DNA of 64,000 nt from a virus (lineage: Duplodnaviria > Caudoviricetes): IMG/VR virus record IMGVR_UViG_3300009031_000221, positions 128,001 through 192,000 of that record. One strand, 5' to 3'. This document shows positions 45,965-55,349 of the stretch, piece after piece. A model generated the notes under the pieces. That model ran no database searches. It was not told the DNA's origin and saw only the letters and a program-made list of their open reading frames with translations. The position numbers and the translations under genes were made by a program. Within the stretch, counting starts at the first letter, position 1. The number at the start of each line of letters is the position of its first letter.

Positions 45965-46934
45965 CCCCAAAGAAATCACTAGCCCACCGAAACTGGAAAC
46001 CGCACCGCTTCGCGAAGGTCGCGTCACTGGTCATGTCCCCCACGTAGATGCACTGGGCGGGGTCCAACTTGTAGGTCTCGATGTGGGTCACACCCATGCC
46101 AGGCATCGGCTTGCGGAGGAACGTCTTGGGCACGCCAGCCGCATCAGGAGCATACAGGTAGTGGATCGCCAAACCCAAACCCTTGTTGGTAAACTCGAAG
46201 CATGCCTGAGCATTTGCATCGGAAACGTACTTGGGATCCCCAAGATCCTTGGAACAACCGGACTGGTTCGACGCACCCAGCAGCAGGTAGCCCTGTGCCA
46301 CGTACTTGCGAAGGATATCCGCCCGACCAGGAAGTACCCGCACGTCACCGACATGCTTGGGATACTTGTCTCCCGAAATAGTCTCCCGAAGCGTCCCGTC
46401 GTAGTCCAGGATAATCGCCTTGTTGACATACTCCGGTCCAAGATTGATCTCAACGAACACGGGATCCACGGAGGTGAAACCCTCGCTACAAGTCGGTTCC
46501 TGAACCTTCTTCCAATAGGCAAAGGTCGCCGCCGGCGGAAACATGTTGTCATCGGTCTTGCCGATCGTCTTGTACTCCGCCTCAGTCAGGATATGACCGT
46601 AGCGCTGCACTTGCCGACGCGATGCGAAGAACTGGGCCTGATCCGGGGAAGTCATCAACCACATGATGCGGATGGGCAACCCCAACTTCTGTGCTTCCTC
46701 GATAACAACCTGCCGGCTCTCCCGTGTCGCATAGACGTTGTCCATGACGAACGAACGCTCGCCGGCGGCATGCGCCATACGAAGAATGGAGTAGCACTTA
46801 TCCTTGGCACTCAAACCGCCGCCAATATCATCCCGGTTGATACGGGCATATCCCTCAGCAACCAGTGCCTTGACGTAGGTAGACTTGCCGCCACCGGGCG
46901 GGCCTGCAACGAGAACGATTTCAGCCTTGGGCAT
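45948..46934 (-). CDS. Polynucleotide kinase/3'-phosphatase (P-loop kinase + HAD-IIIA)
   Basis: GPPGGGKST, INRD, VMDN, EP...EGF; DYDGT, SNQSG, RKP.PGM, YVGD. Confidence 0.85.
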   Translation of the reverse strand: MPKAEIVLVAGPPGGGKSTYVKALVAEGYARINRDDIGGGLSAKDKCYSILRMAHAAGERSFVMDNVYATRESRQVVIEEAQKLGLPIRIMWLMTSPDQAQFFASRRQVQRYGHILTEAEYKTIGKTDDNMFPPAATFAYWKKVQEPTCSEGFTSVDPVFVEINLGPEYVNKAIILDYDGTLRETISGDKYPKHVGDVRVLPGRADILRKYVAQGYLLLGASNQSGCSKDLGDPKYVSDANAQACFEFTNKGLGLAIHYLYAPDAAGVPKTFLRKPMPGMGVTHIETYKLDPAQCIYVGDMTSDATFAKRCGFQFRWASDFFGDDDER

Positions 46935-46972
46935 GTGAACATCCTTCGGGCATACCTCGCCCTGTGCCCCAT

Positions 46973-46998
46973 CTACGCATGTAGATCAAGAAGTAAGT
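46973..46998 (-). promoter_or_regulatory. Phage-specific promoter-like motif
   Basis: ACTTACTTCT-tgatctacat-GCGTAG. Confidence 0.65.
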
Positions 46999-47261
46999 CC
47001 TCTTGACAAATGGCGGATACTCATGACGCACAGATCTTCGGGAAGCCCCCAGTGCCCGCCACAAGTTATGTACGTAACCCCGACCAGCATCTCCCGTCCC
47101 GAATAGGTATCCGTATCGGGATCGTACTCGCGGAGTTGTAGCGCATCCCCGATACGGAAGTCCCTATCGTCCTTGCGGATTTCATAGCACTTGATCTCAT
47201 CCCATACTGCCTGAAAAGGCGCAGGCCAGGTTTTGAGCGTATGTGTTCGAAGCGGGGACAT
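46986..47261 (-). CDS. ASCH/DUF3850 domain protein
   Basis: HTLKTWP..FQAV...K..EIRKDDRDFRIGD.L.LREY. Confidence 0.85.
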   Translation of the reverse strand: MSPLRTHTLKTWPAPFQAVWDEIKCYEIRKDDRDFRIGDALQLREYDPDTDTYSGREMLVGVTYITCGGHWGLPEDLCVMSIRHLSRGLTS

Positions 47262-47263
47262 GA

Positions 47264-48247
47264 TTACAACTCCCACACGGTGCCCTCAACAGCAAACTCG
47301 ACGATGCCCGTGTAGCCAATCTCGATGGCGTAAGCCCGGGCATCTGCCAACATAGCATCCAGCTTGTCGTCATCATGCTTCGGATCAAAGTGCCCGATGA
47401 CGCACCGCTTGGCATTGATCGCCTTGGCCAGTTCCACACAACGCCGAGGGGTGCCGTGGCCAAAAGTCTGGCACATGCCAGCCAGTTGTTCATAGGTGTA
47501 CTGCCCATCCGACACGAAGATGTCAGCGCCCTGAGCGTGCTTGAGGATCTCCTTGTTCATGAACATCAAGGGCTCATCGTCCGTGCAGTAGACGAACACT
47601 TCACCCATGTACTCGATCTTGTAGCCCAGGCAACCATCTGGATGGTTGAGGGGGATCGTAGTCACCTTGACCCACCGCTTCGGGTCGTTCTTCAAGGATG
47701 CGGGCAAGGTTTCGTGAGTCAGGCCAATGTATGCATCGGGGCACATGACAATCTTGTCGTTCTCGTCCAGGTAATACCAGAACGATTCCGAGAACTGCCG
47801 CTGATGTGCCTTCGGGTAGACCTTCTTGCAAGGCATCGAACCGTGTGCTACGGGGAAGTGCGGCGAGGATTGCTGATGAGACAGCAGGTTCTCAACCGCA
47901 TGCTCCACGTCATCCTTGCTTTCCATGCCCGCCGGGGCAAACCCGTGGAAATGGAATGTATTGGATGCGATGAAGAAGGGGACGAAGAATGGCCCACCCT
48001 GGATGTGATCCCAGTGCCAGTGGGAGATCAGCACGATATGCTCTTTGCCAACCCCACGTCCTGTCCGCATGAAGTTGTCCCCAATGACGGACAATGCAGA
48101 CCCCATATCCAGCAGGAACGAGAATGGCCCCGCCTCAAGATGATAGGATGACGTGTTGCCGCCATACCGCAACGTGGAGAAACCAGGGCGGGATGGGGAA
48201 GGGATAGAACCGCGATGCCCGCCACAAGTAACCTTCATATAGCTCAT
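47264..48247 (-). CDS. Metallo-beta-lactamase-fold hydrolase (RNase Z/phosphodiesterase-like)
   Basis: RYGGNTS, SHWHWDH, LNHPDG, CTDDE, DGQY, GHGT, GHFDP. Confidence 0.88.
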   Translation of the reverse strand: MSYMKVTCGGHRGSIPSPSRPGFSTLRYGGNTSSYHLEAGPFSFLLDMGSALSVIGDNFMRTGRGVGKEHIVLISHWHWDHIQGGPFFVPFFIASNTFHFHGFAPAGMESKDDVEHAVENLLSHQQSSPHFPVAHGSMPCKKVYPKAHQRQFSESFWYYLDENDKIVMCPDAYIGLTHETLPASLKNDPKRWVKVTTIPLNHPDGCLGYKIEYMGEVFVYCTDDEPLMFMNKEILKHAQGADIFVSDGQYTYEQLAGMCQTFGHGTPRRCVELAKAINAKRCVIGHFDPKHDDDKLDAMLADARAYAIEIGYTGIVEFAVEGTVWEL

Positions 48248-48284
48248 GATGCGTCCTTTAGGGAGATCGATCCCTCTAGGTATG

Positions 48285-48310
48285 CTACGCAATCCAATCT
48301 AGAAGTAAGT
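48285..48310 (-). promoter_or_regulatory. Phage-specific promoter-like motif
   Basis: ACTTACTTCT-agattggatt-GCGTAG. Confidence 0.65.
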
Positions 48311-48823
48311 CTAGACGTGGATCCCCTGTTCATTCAGGACGGACAAATCCAACGTCCAAGGATGTTTAGATCGCTTTTCCCACAACGCAAAGGCTTCTAC
48401 AACATGGTTCTCAGCCTGATCCCGCCGCCAGTTGTTCACTGCTTCCAAGTGCTCAATAGCCTGCCGCCGATTGCCTCGCATCTGGGTCAACCCAAAGTGC
48501 TTGACCTGATGGCATCGAGGGCATAGAGCAATGAGGCGGACGAGTTTCTGTATATGGCTCGCATCATCGTATTCCCATACTTCATGGCATTCAACAGGCC
48601 AATTGAATCCCTGATCGATACCTTTCCCACCGCATATTTCGCATTGGTAATTGGCCAACTTGTAGCTGTTCTTCCTAACCCGATCCCATTCAAGGGTTGT
48701 CATTCGGGACCGAAGATTCTCGAACCATGCAGTTTTTGGCACTAGTTCAATGGTCAACGGTTCGCCTACTTTTGCAACACCTTGGGGTGCGTCATCTTCG
48801 CCCCCCATTTCAAATGGTTTCAT
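48311..48823 (-). CDS. HNH endonuclease-family protein
   Basis: CEICGG...ECHEVW...LCPRCH..KH. Confidence 0.8.
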   Translation of the reverse strand: MKPFEMGGEDDAPQGVAKVGEPLTIELVPKTAWFENLRSRMTTLEWDRVRKNSYKLANYQCEICGGKGIDQGFNWPVECHEVWEYDDASHIQKLVRLIALCPRCHQVKHFGLTQMRGNRRQAIEHLEAVNNWRRDQAENHVVEAFALWEKRSKHPWTLDLSVLNEQGIHV

Positions 48824-49791
48824 CTTGCACCCGCTCGCTCAAGGTAATGGATGGTGCGTTCCCTGATTGGATCCGAGATGTTTTCCACTTCCCGCACCAA
48901 ATCCAGAACCGAACCTTCCTCCCGCATATTCAATGTTCCCTTCAGACGTTCTACGACGGCATCCATCGTAGTCTGACGGGCCTCCATACGTGCCTTACCC
49001 GCAATGTTGAAAATCTCCTCTGGGGGAGCTACCTTAAGCGCTATCTTCTCAAACGTCACATTGTCTGGGGAAAACCGCATCACCACGCAGGAGGGTTTGC
49101 GTCCCATATCATCCTGGGAAATTGATCCCCGTGACATACTTCCAATATTGACAACAACCTTGCCGGGAGCAATTTCAGTGACACCCTGATCTTTATGCCA
49201 ATGTCCAAAGCACCAAACATCCGGGTCTAGATTAGCAAGTTCCTTGTAGCTGATGATGTCCTCAGCCTCAAACATCGATCCGCCAGTGGGTGACGCCAAG
49301 CAGTGTGCAATCACTACCAATCGATCCTCGTCCTTCTTGACGATCCCCGTAAATCGATTCATGTCATAGCGAGTGCCATGGTAGGGAATCCCTACAACAC
49401 GAACCTTGAACCCATTATGAACGAACACTGCCTCATATTCATCATAGAGACGTTGAAATACACCGGACTCGAATAGAACCGCTAAGGGGCTTTCCGATAA
49501 ATACTCCATGCTGCCATATTTCACATCATGGTTGCCCACGTTGCCAAATACAGGGCAAGGATACGCGGCATGAGCCGCCGCAACCTTACGAACAAGGTCA
49601 TGCGAGTTCCTGCCCGGGGATTTGAGATGGAAGAAGTCTCCGCCATCCAATACCGCATCGGCCTTGACTGCTCGAGCGATAACGCCAACCTGGGCAATCT
49701 TGCCTAGAATTGTTTCTGCCCAATCATCAGTACGGGATTGCGGGGCTGTATCAGCCATGTGAATATCAGTGCGCCATACCAAAGTGACCAT
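48820..49791 (-). CDS. Mre11/SbcD-like metallophosphoesterase nuclease
   Basis: TDIH, GGDFF, VGNHD, IAH, FGHWH, NIGS..R. Confidence 0.88.
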   Translation of the reverse strand: MVTLVWRTDIHMADTAPQSRTDDWAETILGKIAQVGVIARAVKADAVLDGGDFFHLKSPGRNSHDLVRKVAAAHAAYPCPVFGNVGNHDVKYGSMEYLSESPLAVLFESGVFQRLYDEYEAVFVHNGFKVRVVGIPYHGTRYDMNRFTGIVKKDEDRLVVIAHCLASPTGGSMFEAEDIISYKELANLDPDVWCFGHWHKDQGVTEIAPGKVVVNIGSMSRGSISQDDMGRKPSCVVMRFSPDNVTFEKIALKVAPPEEIFNIAGKARMEARQTTMDAVVERLKGTLNMREEGSVLDLVREVENISDPIRERTIHYLERAGAR

Positions 49792-49800
49792 ATTGCCCCG

Positions 49801-51027
49801 TTAATGTCCTACGTGGTCTTCCGTTGCTACACGACCGCACGTTGGACATTCATCCATTCCACCAAGGATGGTGGCAATATCACTACCCGCTGCATTCAAA
49901 TTCGTTTCACTAGATGCCAATTCTTGTTCCAATGACGCAATATCCTGAATTACCTTCGCCCAACGAACATGAATATCATCCAATGCCGTCAAGGTGTTCA
50001 GCATCTTCTCAACGTTGGATGCATCCAAATCCTCGATGGTAGGCAACCCAGCCAATTTCCGCACTGCATTATTGGCAGCATTCAATCGGTTATGAAGAAC
50101 CCCATAGGAATCAATATCGGAAATCACAGATTTGATTTCGGTTACGGAGTCATCATTAGGTACATCTATGGTTTCTACACCGTCCAATTTTGCTACGGCA
50201 TTTGTCGCATTGACCAATCGAGTACGAAGCCCAACATGCTGGTCAATACTTCCGGCAACGTTCTTGATAGGATCAATGCAATCATCGCCAGGGACATCGA
50301 TTAATTCGACCCCTTCCAATCGAGCGACGGCATCCCGTGCATCCTTGAGTTTATCCCGAAGGGACGTAAGGGTTTGGATGGCAGTGTATAGCTTGGTTGC
50401 CTTGGTGATGTCCGCATCAATGGCGTCAATCGTTAAGGCAACCTCATCCAACCCATTGTACTTCTGAACGGATGATTCCAAATTCGTCTGGTCAATCAAC
50501 CTAACTTTCAACTCCGAGGACGCAGCCCTACGGTCAGATTCCGCCATCCGTAGAGCTTCATTCAACTGTGAAACACGGTTTACATCTGCCACGGCATCCG
50601 CAAGGACAGAACCAGGTTCATTCAGTAGAAAAACTTGGCCAGTGAATTGTGGAGCGAATTGGGGCCATATTTCTCTGCCGCCGGCGATAATGGGGCGGAC
50701 GCCAAGCGCACGAACTTCATCCGGGACACCTTGTCCTGGGTAGATGGGTTTGCCCCCATCTATGATGAACGTGGGCTTATCGCCCGCCCCTTTACCTTTC
50801 TCCCATCGCAGGGTATGCCCATCGGCAAATTTCAATTCCACCACAGACTTGGTTTTGCCGTGCCGGATGAAGGAATTGCCCCGGGTATTTTGGAAGGCCC
50901 CGCGAATGGCCCGCATGAGGGCGGATTTACCGCTATTATTAGTCCCCGTAATAACGGTAAACCCGTCCACTTCGACATCCACGTCAAGTAACGATTGAAA
51001 GTTCTCGACGTGGATGGTGAATGCCAT
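49801..51027 (-). CDS. Rad50/SbcC N-terminal half ending in Zn hook
   Basis: VENFQS, Walker A GTNNSGKS, Q-loop, coiled coil, terminal CPTCG. Confidence 0.85.
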   Translation of the reverse strand: MAFTIHVENFQSLLDVDVEVDGFTVITGTNNSGKSALMRAIRGAFQNTRGNSFIRHGKTKSVVELKFADGHTLRWEKGKGAGDKPTFIIDGGKPIYPGQGVPDEVRALGVRPIIAGGREIWPQFAPQFTGQVFLLNEPGSVLADAVADVNRVSQLNEALRMAESDRRAASSELKVRLIDQTNLESSVQKYNGLDEVALTIDAIDADITKATKLYTAIQTLTSLRDKLKDARDAVARLEGVELIDVPGDDCIDPIKNVAGSIDQHVGLRTRLVNATNAVAKLDGVETIDVPNDDSVTEIKSVISDIDSYGVLHNRLNAANNAVRKLAGLPTIEDLDASNVEKMLNTLTALDDIHVRWAKVIQDIASLEQELASSETNLNAAGSDIATILGGMDECPTCGRVATEDHVGH

Positions 51028-51029
51028 GA

Positions 51030-52259
51030 TTAATCCTCAACAGATTCCGCGGGCTTAGGATCCGCCAACAGGAGATCCAAATCCCCCAAGTCGTCATCCT
51101 CCGCAGCTTCCACTACAAAGGTGCCAGGAGCGGCAGAGAAGGCAGCAATAGCAGCAAGGTACAATTCATCCCACGCTCCTTCAGCGGCCTTTACCTTGCT
51201 CTTGAATTCATCCATGCCGCAACCCTTGATCAAGTCCCCATTAGGACGTTCCCAAGAGTACCATGCCCCCGACTTCTTTACGATACCGTGCGCCGAGGTA
51301 ATGTCGATGATGGAACGAATATCATCAATTCCCTCACCAAACCGGATGTAGAAATCCGCAGCCTTTCCCTGGGAAGCCGAAACCTTGCACTTGTCAATGC
51401 GGCAACGGACAGTTTGACCAACCATTGCCTCCTCAACCTTGTGGACAAGGGCGTTGTACTCCTTGCCCTTCTCCTGAGCAATGCGCTTGAGGCCCATGCG
51501 AACCTCAGAGTAGAACTTCCACGCCTCGCCGCCCTGTGCTTGCGTATCGTCACCACCGTAACCGGTCATACCAATCTTCTTCCGAAGCTGGCTAATGCCG
51601 ATGACACACGTTCCCGTGCGGTTGATGACATTCTTGAGTTCAGGCAACACCTTGGACCACTTGGCGGCATTCAAGCCGATACGTCCCATTTCGCCCTTCT
51701 CCGCAACTGTCTGCTCAAGGGATGCTTGAGGCACACCGGCTCCTACAGAGTCGATGACAATCAGGTCTACACCCGCCTTCGCCATCGTCCAAAGGATTGC
51801 CAAACCCTTTTCCAGGGACTCCGGTTGAGCCAACAGGAACGAATCGGGATCATCCAAAGGAACGCCCAAGGACTTGGCATACGCCACGTCAATGGCATTC
51901 TCCCAGTCGATGTAGCATACCGTCCCACCCGAAGCGCACACCATTGCCGCTGCCGTCAAGGCTACCGTGGTTTTACCCGACGATTCCTGTCCGTAGAGGT
52001 TGATGATGCACTTACGGGGAAATCCAGGGCACGGACGAACGTTGAACCGATTCAACCGTCCGCCAATGAGGTAATCCAGGATGATGGATCCCGTGGGCAA
52101 GTGAGGACGGGAATGCCGAATTGCATCCTCGTCAATTTCCACGAAGGATTCATCCTTGGGAAATGCCTTGGTAATGAGTGCTCTGGCTTGCGACAAAGAA
52201 CTCTTCTTGTTCGTGACGTTAACTTCAGTCACAGTCTTGGGAATTTTGCGAGGGGGCAT
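51030..52259 (-). CDS. recA: RecA/UvsX recombinase
   Basis: YGQESSGKTT, IDWENA, IVIDSV, SQLRKKIG, GGEAWKFYS. Confidence 0.93.
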   Translation of the reverse strand: MPPRKIPKTVTEVNVTNKKSSLSQARALITKAFPKDESFVEIDEDAIRHSRPHLPTGSIILDYLIGGRLNRFNVRPCPGFPRKCIINLYGQESSGKTTVALTAAAMVCASGGTVCYIDWENAIDVAYAKSLGVPLDDPDSFLLAQPESLEKGLAILWTMAKAGVDLIVIDSVGAGVPQASLEQTVAEKGEMGRIGLNAAKWSKVLPELKNVINRTGTCVIGISQLRKKIGMTGYGGDDTQAQGGEAWKFYSEVRMGLKRIAQEKGKEYNALVHKVEEAMVGQTVRCRIDKCKVSASQGKAADFYIRFGEGIDDIRSIIDITSAHGIVKKSGAWYSWERPNGDLIKGCGMDEFKSKVKAAEGAWDELYLAAIAAFSAAPGTFVVEAAEDDDLGDLDLLLADPKPAESVED

Positions 52260-52260
52260 A

Positions 52261-52917
52261 TCAGGACTCCTTAGACCAGCAGAAAAACCGCTCGTCCTCA
52301 CGATAAATAATCCCCTTCTTCACAGTATCGCCTGCTTTGGCGCCCCGTTGGAAGGTATGGATTTCGGTGAACTGCTTTGTTTCAGCTACCGTCAAATCAT
52401 CAGGTTTCAACAACCCATCATGAAGCGACCAGAATCTACCTGCGATTCGGGCTGCCCAATAAGCATCCGCCTCGTTGTGATTCCACACGCCTTTCTCGCC
52501 ACAGTCTGTCTTCGCGGCTTCTACCATGTCAGGTTTCATCATTTTCCACCCTTTCGGGCGAGCCAGGAATGCATGTGCATGTGACTTGATTTGGCCTGGG
52601 GAGAAAAACACTACATCCATCTTGGCGGCTTTGAGTGCCTCGCAATTGTAGAGGAATAACCCATACAACCCCTCAGAGTACATCTCGTGAAATACCGGAT
52701 ATTCAACCCCAATACGATGCACCCCATATTCAACACCCATTTTCTCTACAAGGGTGCGAACACTTTCCCGCAAATCGGTATACCGATCTATGAAAAGGGT
52801 TTTGGATGACGTTTGAAATCGTCCCCGTGCAACACAACGGGCAAGTCCCGTCGCGTCCGTGTCATGAACTGCCCAACCGAAATTGGTAAGGGACGGGTCA
52901 AAGCCCAGGACTCGCAT
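52261..52917 (-). CDS. RuvC-like Holliday junction resolvase
   Basis: MRVLGFDPSLTNFGW, GVEYP, NEADAY. Confidence 0.8.
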   Translation of the reverse strand: MRVLGFDPSLTNFGWAVHDTDATGLARCVARGRFQTSSKTLFIDRYTDLRESVRTLVEKMGVEYGVHRIGVEYPVFHEMYSEGLYGLFLYNCEALKAAKMDVVFFSPGQIKSHAHAFLARPKGWKMMKPDMVEAAKTDCGEKGVWNHNEADAYWAARIAGRFWSLHDGLLKPDDLTVAETKQFTEIHTFQRGAKAGDTVKKGIIYREDERFFCWSKES

Positions 52918-53009
52918 AATAAGCCACCATGACTTATGGGGATTGAATATCGGAAACCCGTAGGAGGGCAACCCATTGAGGAACAGGTTGCCCTCCTACT
53001 ATCAGGGGC

Positions 53010-53753
53010 TTAGGAATCGAGGAGGTCGTCCACAATTCCGTCGATCTCACCCGTAACCATGGTGTCCGTGGGGGACGAAGAACCACCGCCACCACCAATC
53101 GATCCGCCGCCGCCACCGCCAGCCAACTTCTCGCGAATCTGCTGGATAGTCATTTCGCGACCAACGTGATCGTTGATGTTGCCGGAAATCATCTGCGCCT
53201 TGGAAATCATGTCACGCACGATCGTCTCAGCCTTCGGATTACCCATCAATGCCCGAAGCAACGAATCCTTGCAAGGCGTGAAGGTCATCTTCTGGAAGTT
53301 CGCGTCCGAGCACGAAGCCGTGAAGTCATGGTTGCTGAAGGGGAACTCGTTGTGAATCTGAACCAACGACTTGTATTTATCACCGGAGAACACCCAAGGC
53401 TGAACCTCAGCATCACCCGCGGCCAAACGGCTCTTGTCAATGATGCCGCTCTTATCGGTCGGCCACACGACAATTACCGAAGCGATACGAGTACGGGGGG
53501 CTTCGCCGCCAGCCAACTTGGTGTATTCCGCACCCTTGTTGACGATGTACCCGACGTTCGGGATGTAATTCGTTGACGCCCGAACGAAAAACGGGGCTTG
53601 TGTATCCAAGTCGGGCTTGCCATCATCCAGACCCTTCCACCAAATGAAGGAGATCCGGTACGTACGACCCGCTTCCGCCTTGAAGGGCTTGGACTTGCCG
53701 CCGAGATTGCTGTCATTTTCCCCGAACGAAAACTGCTGAAAAGTGCTACTCAT
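53010..53753 (-). CDS. Single-stranded DNA-binding protein (gp32-like)
   Basis: Position in the recombination cluster, aromatic OB-like core, Gly linker and acidic C-terminal tail (IVDDLLDS). Confidence 0.55.
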   Translation of the reverse strand: MSSTFQQFSFGENDSNLGGKSKPFKAEAGRTYRISFIWWKGLDDGKPDLDTQAPFFVRASTNYIPNVGYIVNKGAEYTKLAGGEAPRTRIASVIVVWPTDKSGIIDKSRLAAGDAEVQPWVFSGDKYKSLVQIHNEFPFSNHDFTASCSDANFQKMTFTPCKDSLLRALMGNPKAETIVRDMISKAQMISGNINDHVGREMTIQQIREKLAGGGGGGSIGGGGGSSSPTDTMVTGEIDGIVDDLLDS

Positions 53754-53852
53754 GGTTATTGGTACTCCAGTTGTGTTAAGACGGATGAGTCATTGTTGGA
53801 CATTTCCCGTCAATTTGTTTTACCCATTTGCGGGGGATTACGATCCCCCTAT

Positions 53853-54887
53853 TTATCGAGGATCCTCGAATATTCCGAGAATGGCATCAACATCGATGTC
53901 ATCCACAATCTTCGCCAAGTTGGGCTTGGCACGAGGAACCAACCCGCTGATTACAACTTCATCCAGGAATTCATCCACTTGATCGGTGGAAGTAGTGCTA
54001 GGCAAATCCGTTGTGACATCATTTCCACCATCCAACATATCACTCGCAGAAACTTCGGAAGAAGCCTCAGGAGATACTGACACAACTGCAATCTCTACGT
54101 CAGTAACGATATTATTCGATGGATTTGCGGGGGCCGGAATTTCCGGGGTATTGAGAACCACCTGGGGTTCTACAATTTCTGGGACAGACATGACAAGGAT
54201 CTCACCGGAGGGATCTTCCAGATCCTCTGGATCATTCCATGTCCCGGCTTCCCGAGACAACTTGATTTCCCCATCCACGTCACGAAGGAGGTTATCCAAG
54301 TCAAGAACATCATCGCCTGTTGCCCGCTGGGCGGGCGAACCCTTGATGTCTGGGGCGTAGGGCACCTTCGTACCCCAACGGCCTCCAAGGCCAATCTCCT
54401 CACTGCACAGCCGCATCTGATCCCGCAACCGACCTTCCGTATCTTTGAGGTCAGCACGCTTGGCCTTGATGACAGCCATGACGGCTTCAAGGTCTTCAGT
54501 TGCGATATTCAAATTGTGTGCGTGCATAATCTCATCGCGAAGTTTGCCCGAGGCAATTGCTTCCCGATCCGATACACTACGACCCGCCCGAGTTGTTGGA
54601 TCGTTGGCAAACAAATCCTTCTTTGCAAGATCCAAATCCGTCAATGCCACCCGCAATGCCCGCCGAGTTGCTTGAAGCCGCCGGGATACATCCAGGAACA
54701 ACTTCTCACACCTATCAAGCATTCTCCGGATTTGTGCCGTTTTGCTATTCAACCGTTTAGGGCCAAAGGGAAGGGGATCATCATCCAATTCCACAGAGAG
54801 TTCCCCTAACACGTCAAATACGCGATCGGCTTCCTCCTGCGGGTATTCCATTGAACCCCGAACAGGGGTGTCAGGAATGTCAGCCAT
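53853..54887 (-). CDS. Coiled-coil protein with acidic tail (possible recombination mediator)
   Basis: Helical N-half, acidic disordered C-half. Confidence 0.55.
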   Translation of the reverse strand: MADIPDTPVRGSMEYPQEEADRVFDVLGELSVELDDDPLPFGPKRLNSKTAQIRRMLDRCEKLFLDVSRRLQATRRALRVALTDLDLAKKDLFANDPTTRAGRSVSDREAIASGKLRDEIMHAHNLNIATEDLEAVMAVIKAKRADLKDTEGRLRDQMRLCSEEIGLGGRWGTKVPYAPDIKGSPAQRATGDDVLDLDNLLRDVDGEIKLSREAGTWNDPEDLEDPSGEILVMSVPEIVEPQVVLNTPEIPAPANPSNNIVTDVEIAVVSVSPEASSEVSASDMLDGGNDVTTDLPSTTSTDQVDEFLDEVVISGLVPRAKPNLAKIVDDIDVDAILGIFEDPR

Positions 54888-55312
54888 TACTTGCCTCCAT
54901 TTCCAGTCCCGGTGCGAATGAGATCCGCCATCAACCGAGTATAATTGTGCTTGATTGCACGGGTTGCTTCTTCGTACTGCTCAGGGGACATATTACCACC
55001 AGCCATCGCTTGGGCATGTGCCGCACAGTCTACTTGCATCCCCAACATCAATGCTGCCAAACGCCCTTCACGCAAGGTAAGTCCCCCAGCATTGATCTTC
55101 TCCGGGGCATCCCCATCCTGAGCCGAAACCAAATCGGCACCCATGCCGCCTGCATCATCTTGAATCGTGTCCCAAGCCGCCGAAAAACCCGCATAGGAAT
55201 CCCCACGCTGACCCTTCACTGACCGAGTAACCACAATCTTTGTGATCTTGATTGCGCTCCGAATATGAGCCGTTGCTGCCTTGACCAATTCTACATCATC
55301 ATTGAGTGCCAT
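54887..55312 (-). CDS. Hypothetical protein
   Basis: GGAGG SD before ATG 55312. Confidence 0.55.
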   Translation of the reverse strand: MALNDDVELVKAATAHIRSAIKITKIVVTRSVKGQRGDSYAGFSAAWDTIQDDAGGMGADLVSAQDGDAPEKINAGGLTLREGRLAALMLGMQVDCAAHAQAMAGGNMSPEQYEEATRAIKHNYTRLMADLIRTGTGNGGK

Positions 55313-55349
55313 TTTGTCCAGCCTCCTACGGCGGTTATTGCATTTCCTT

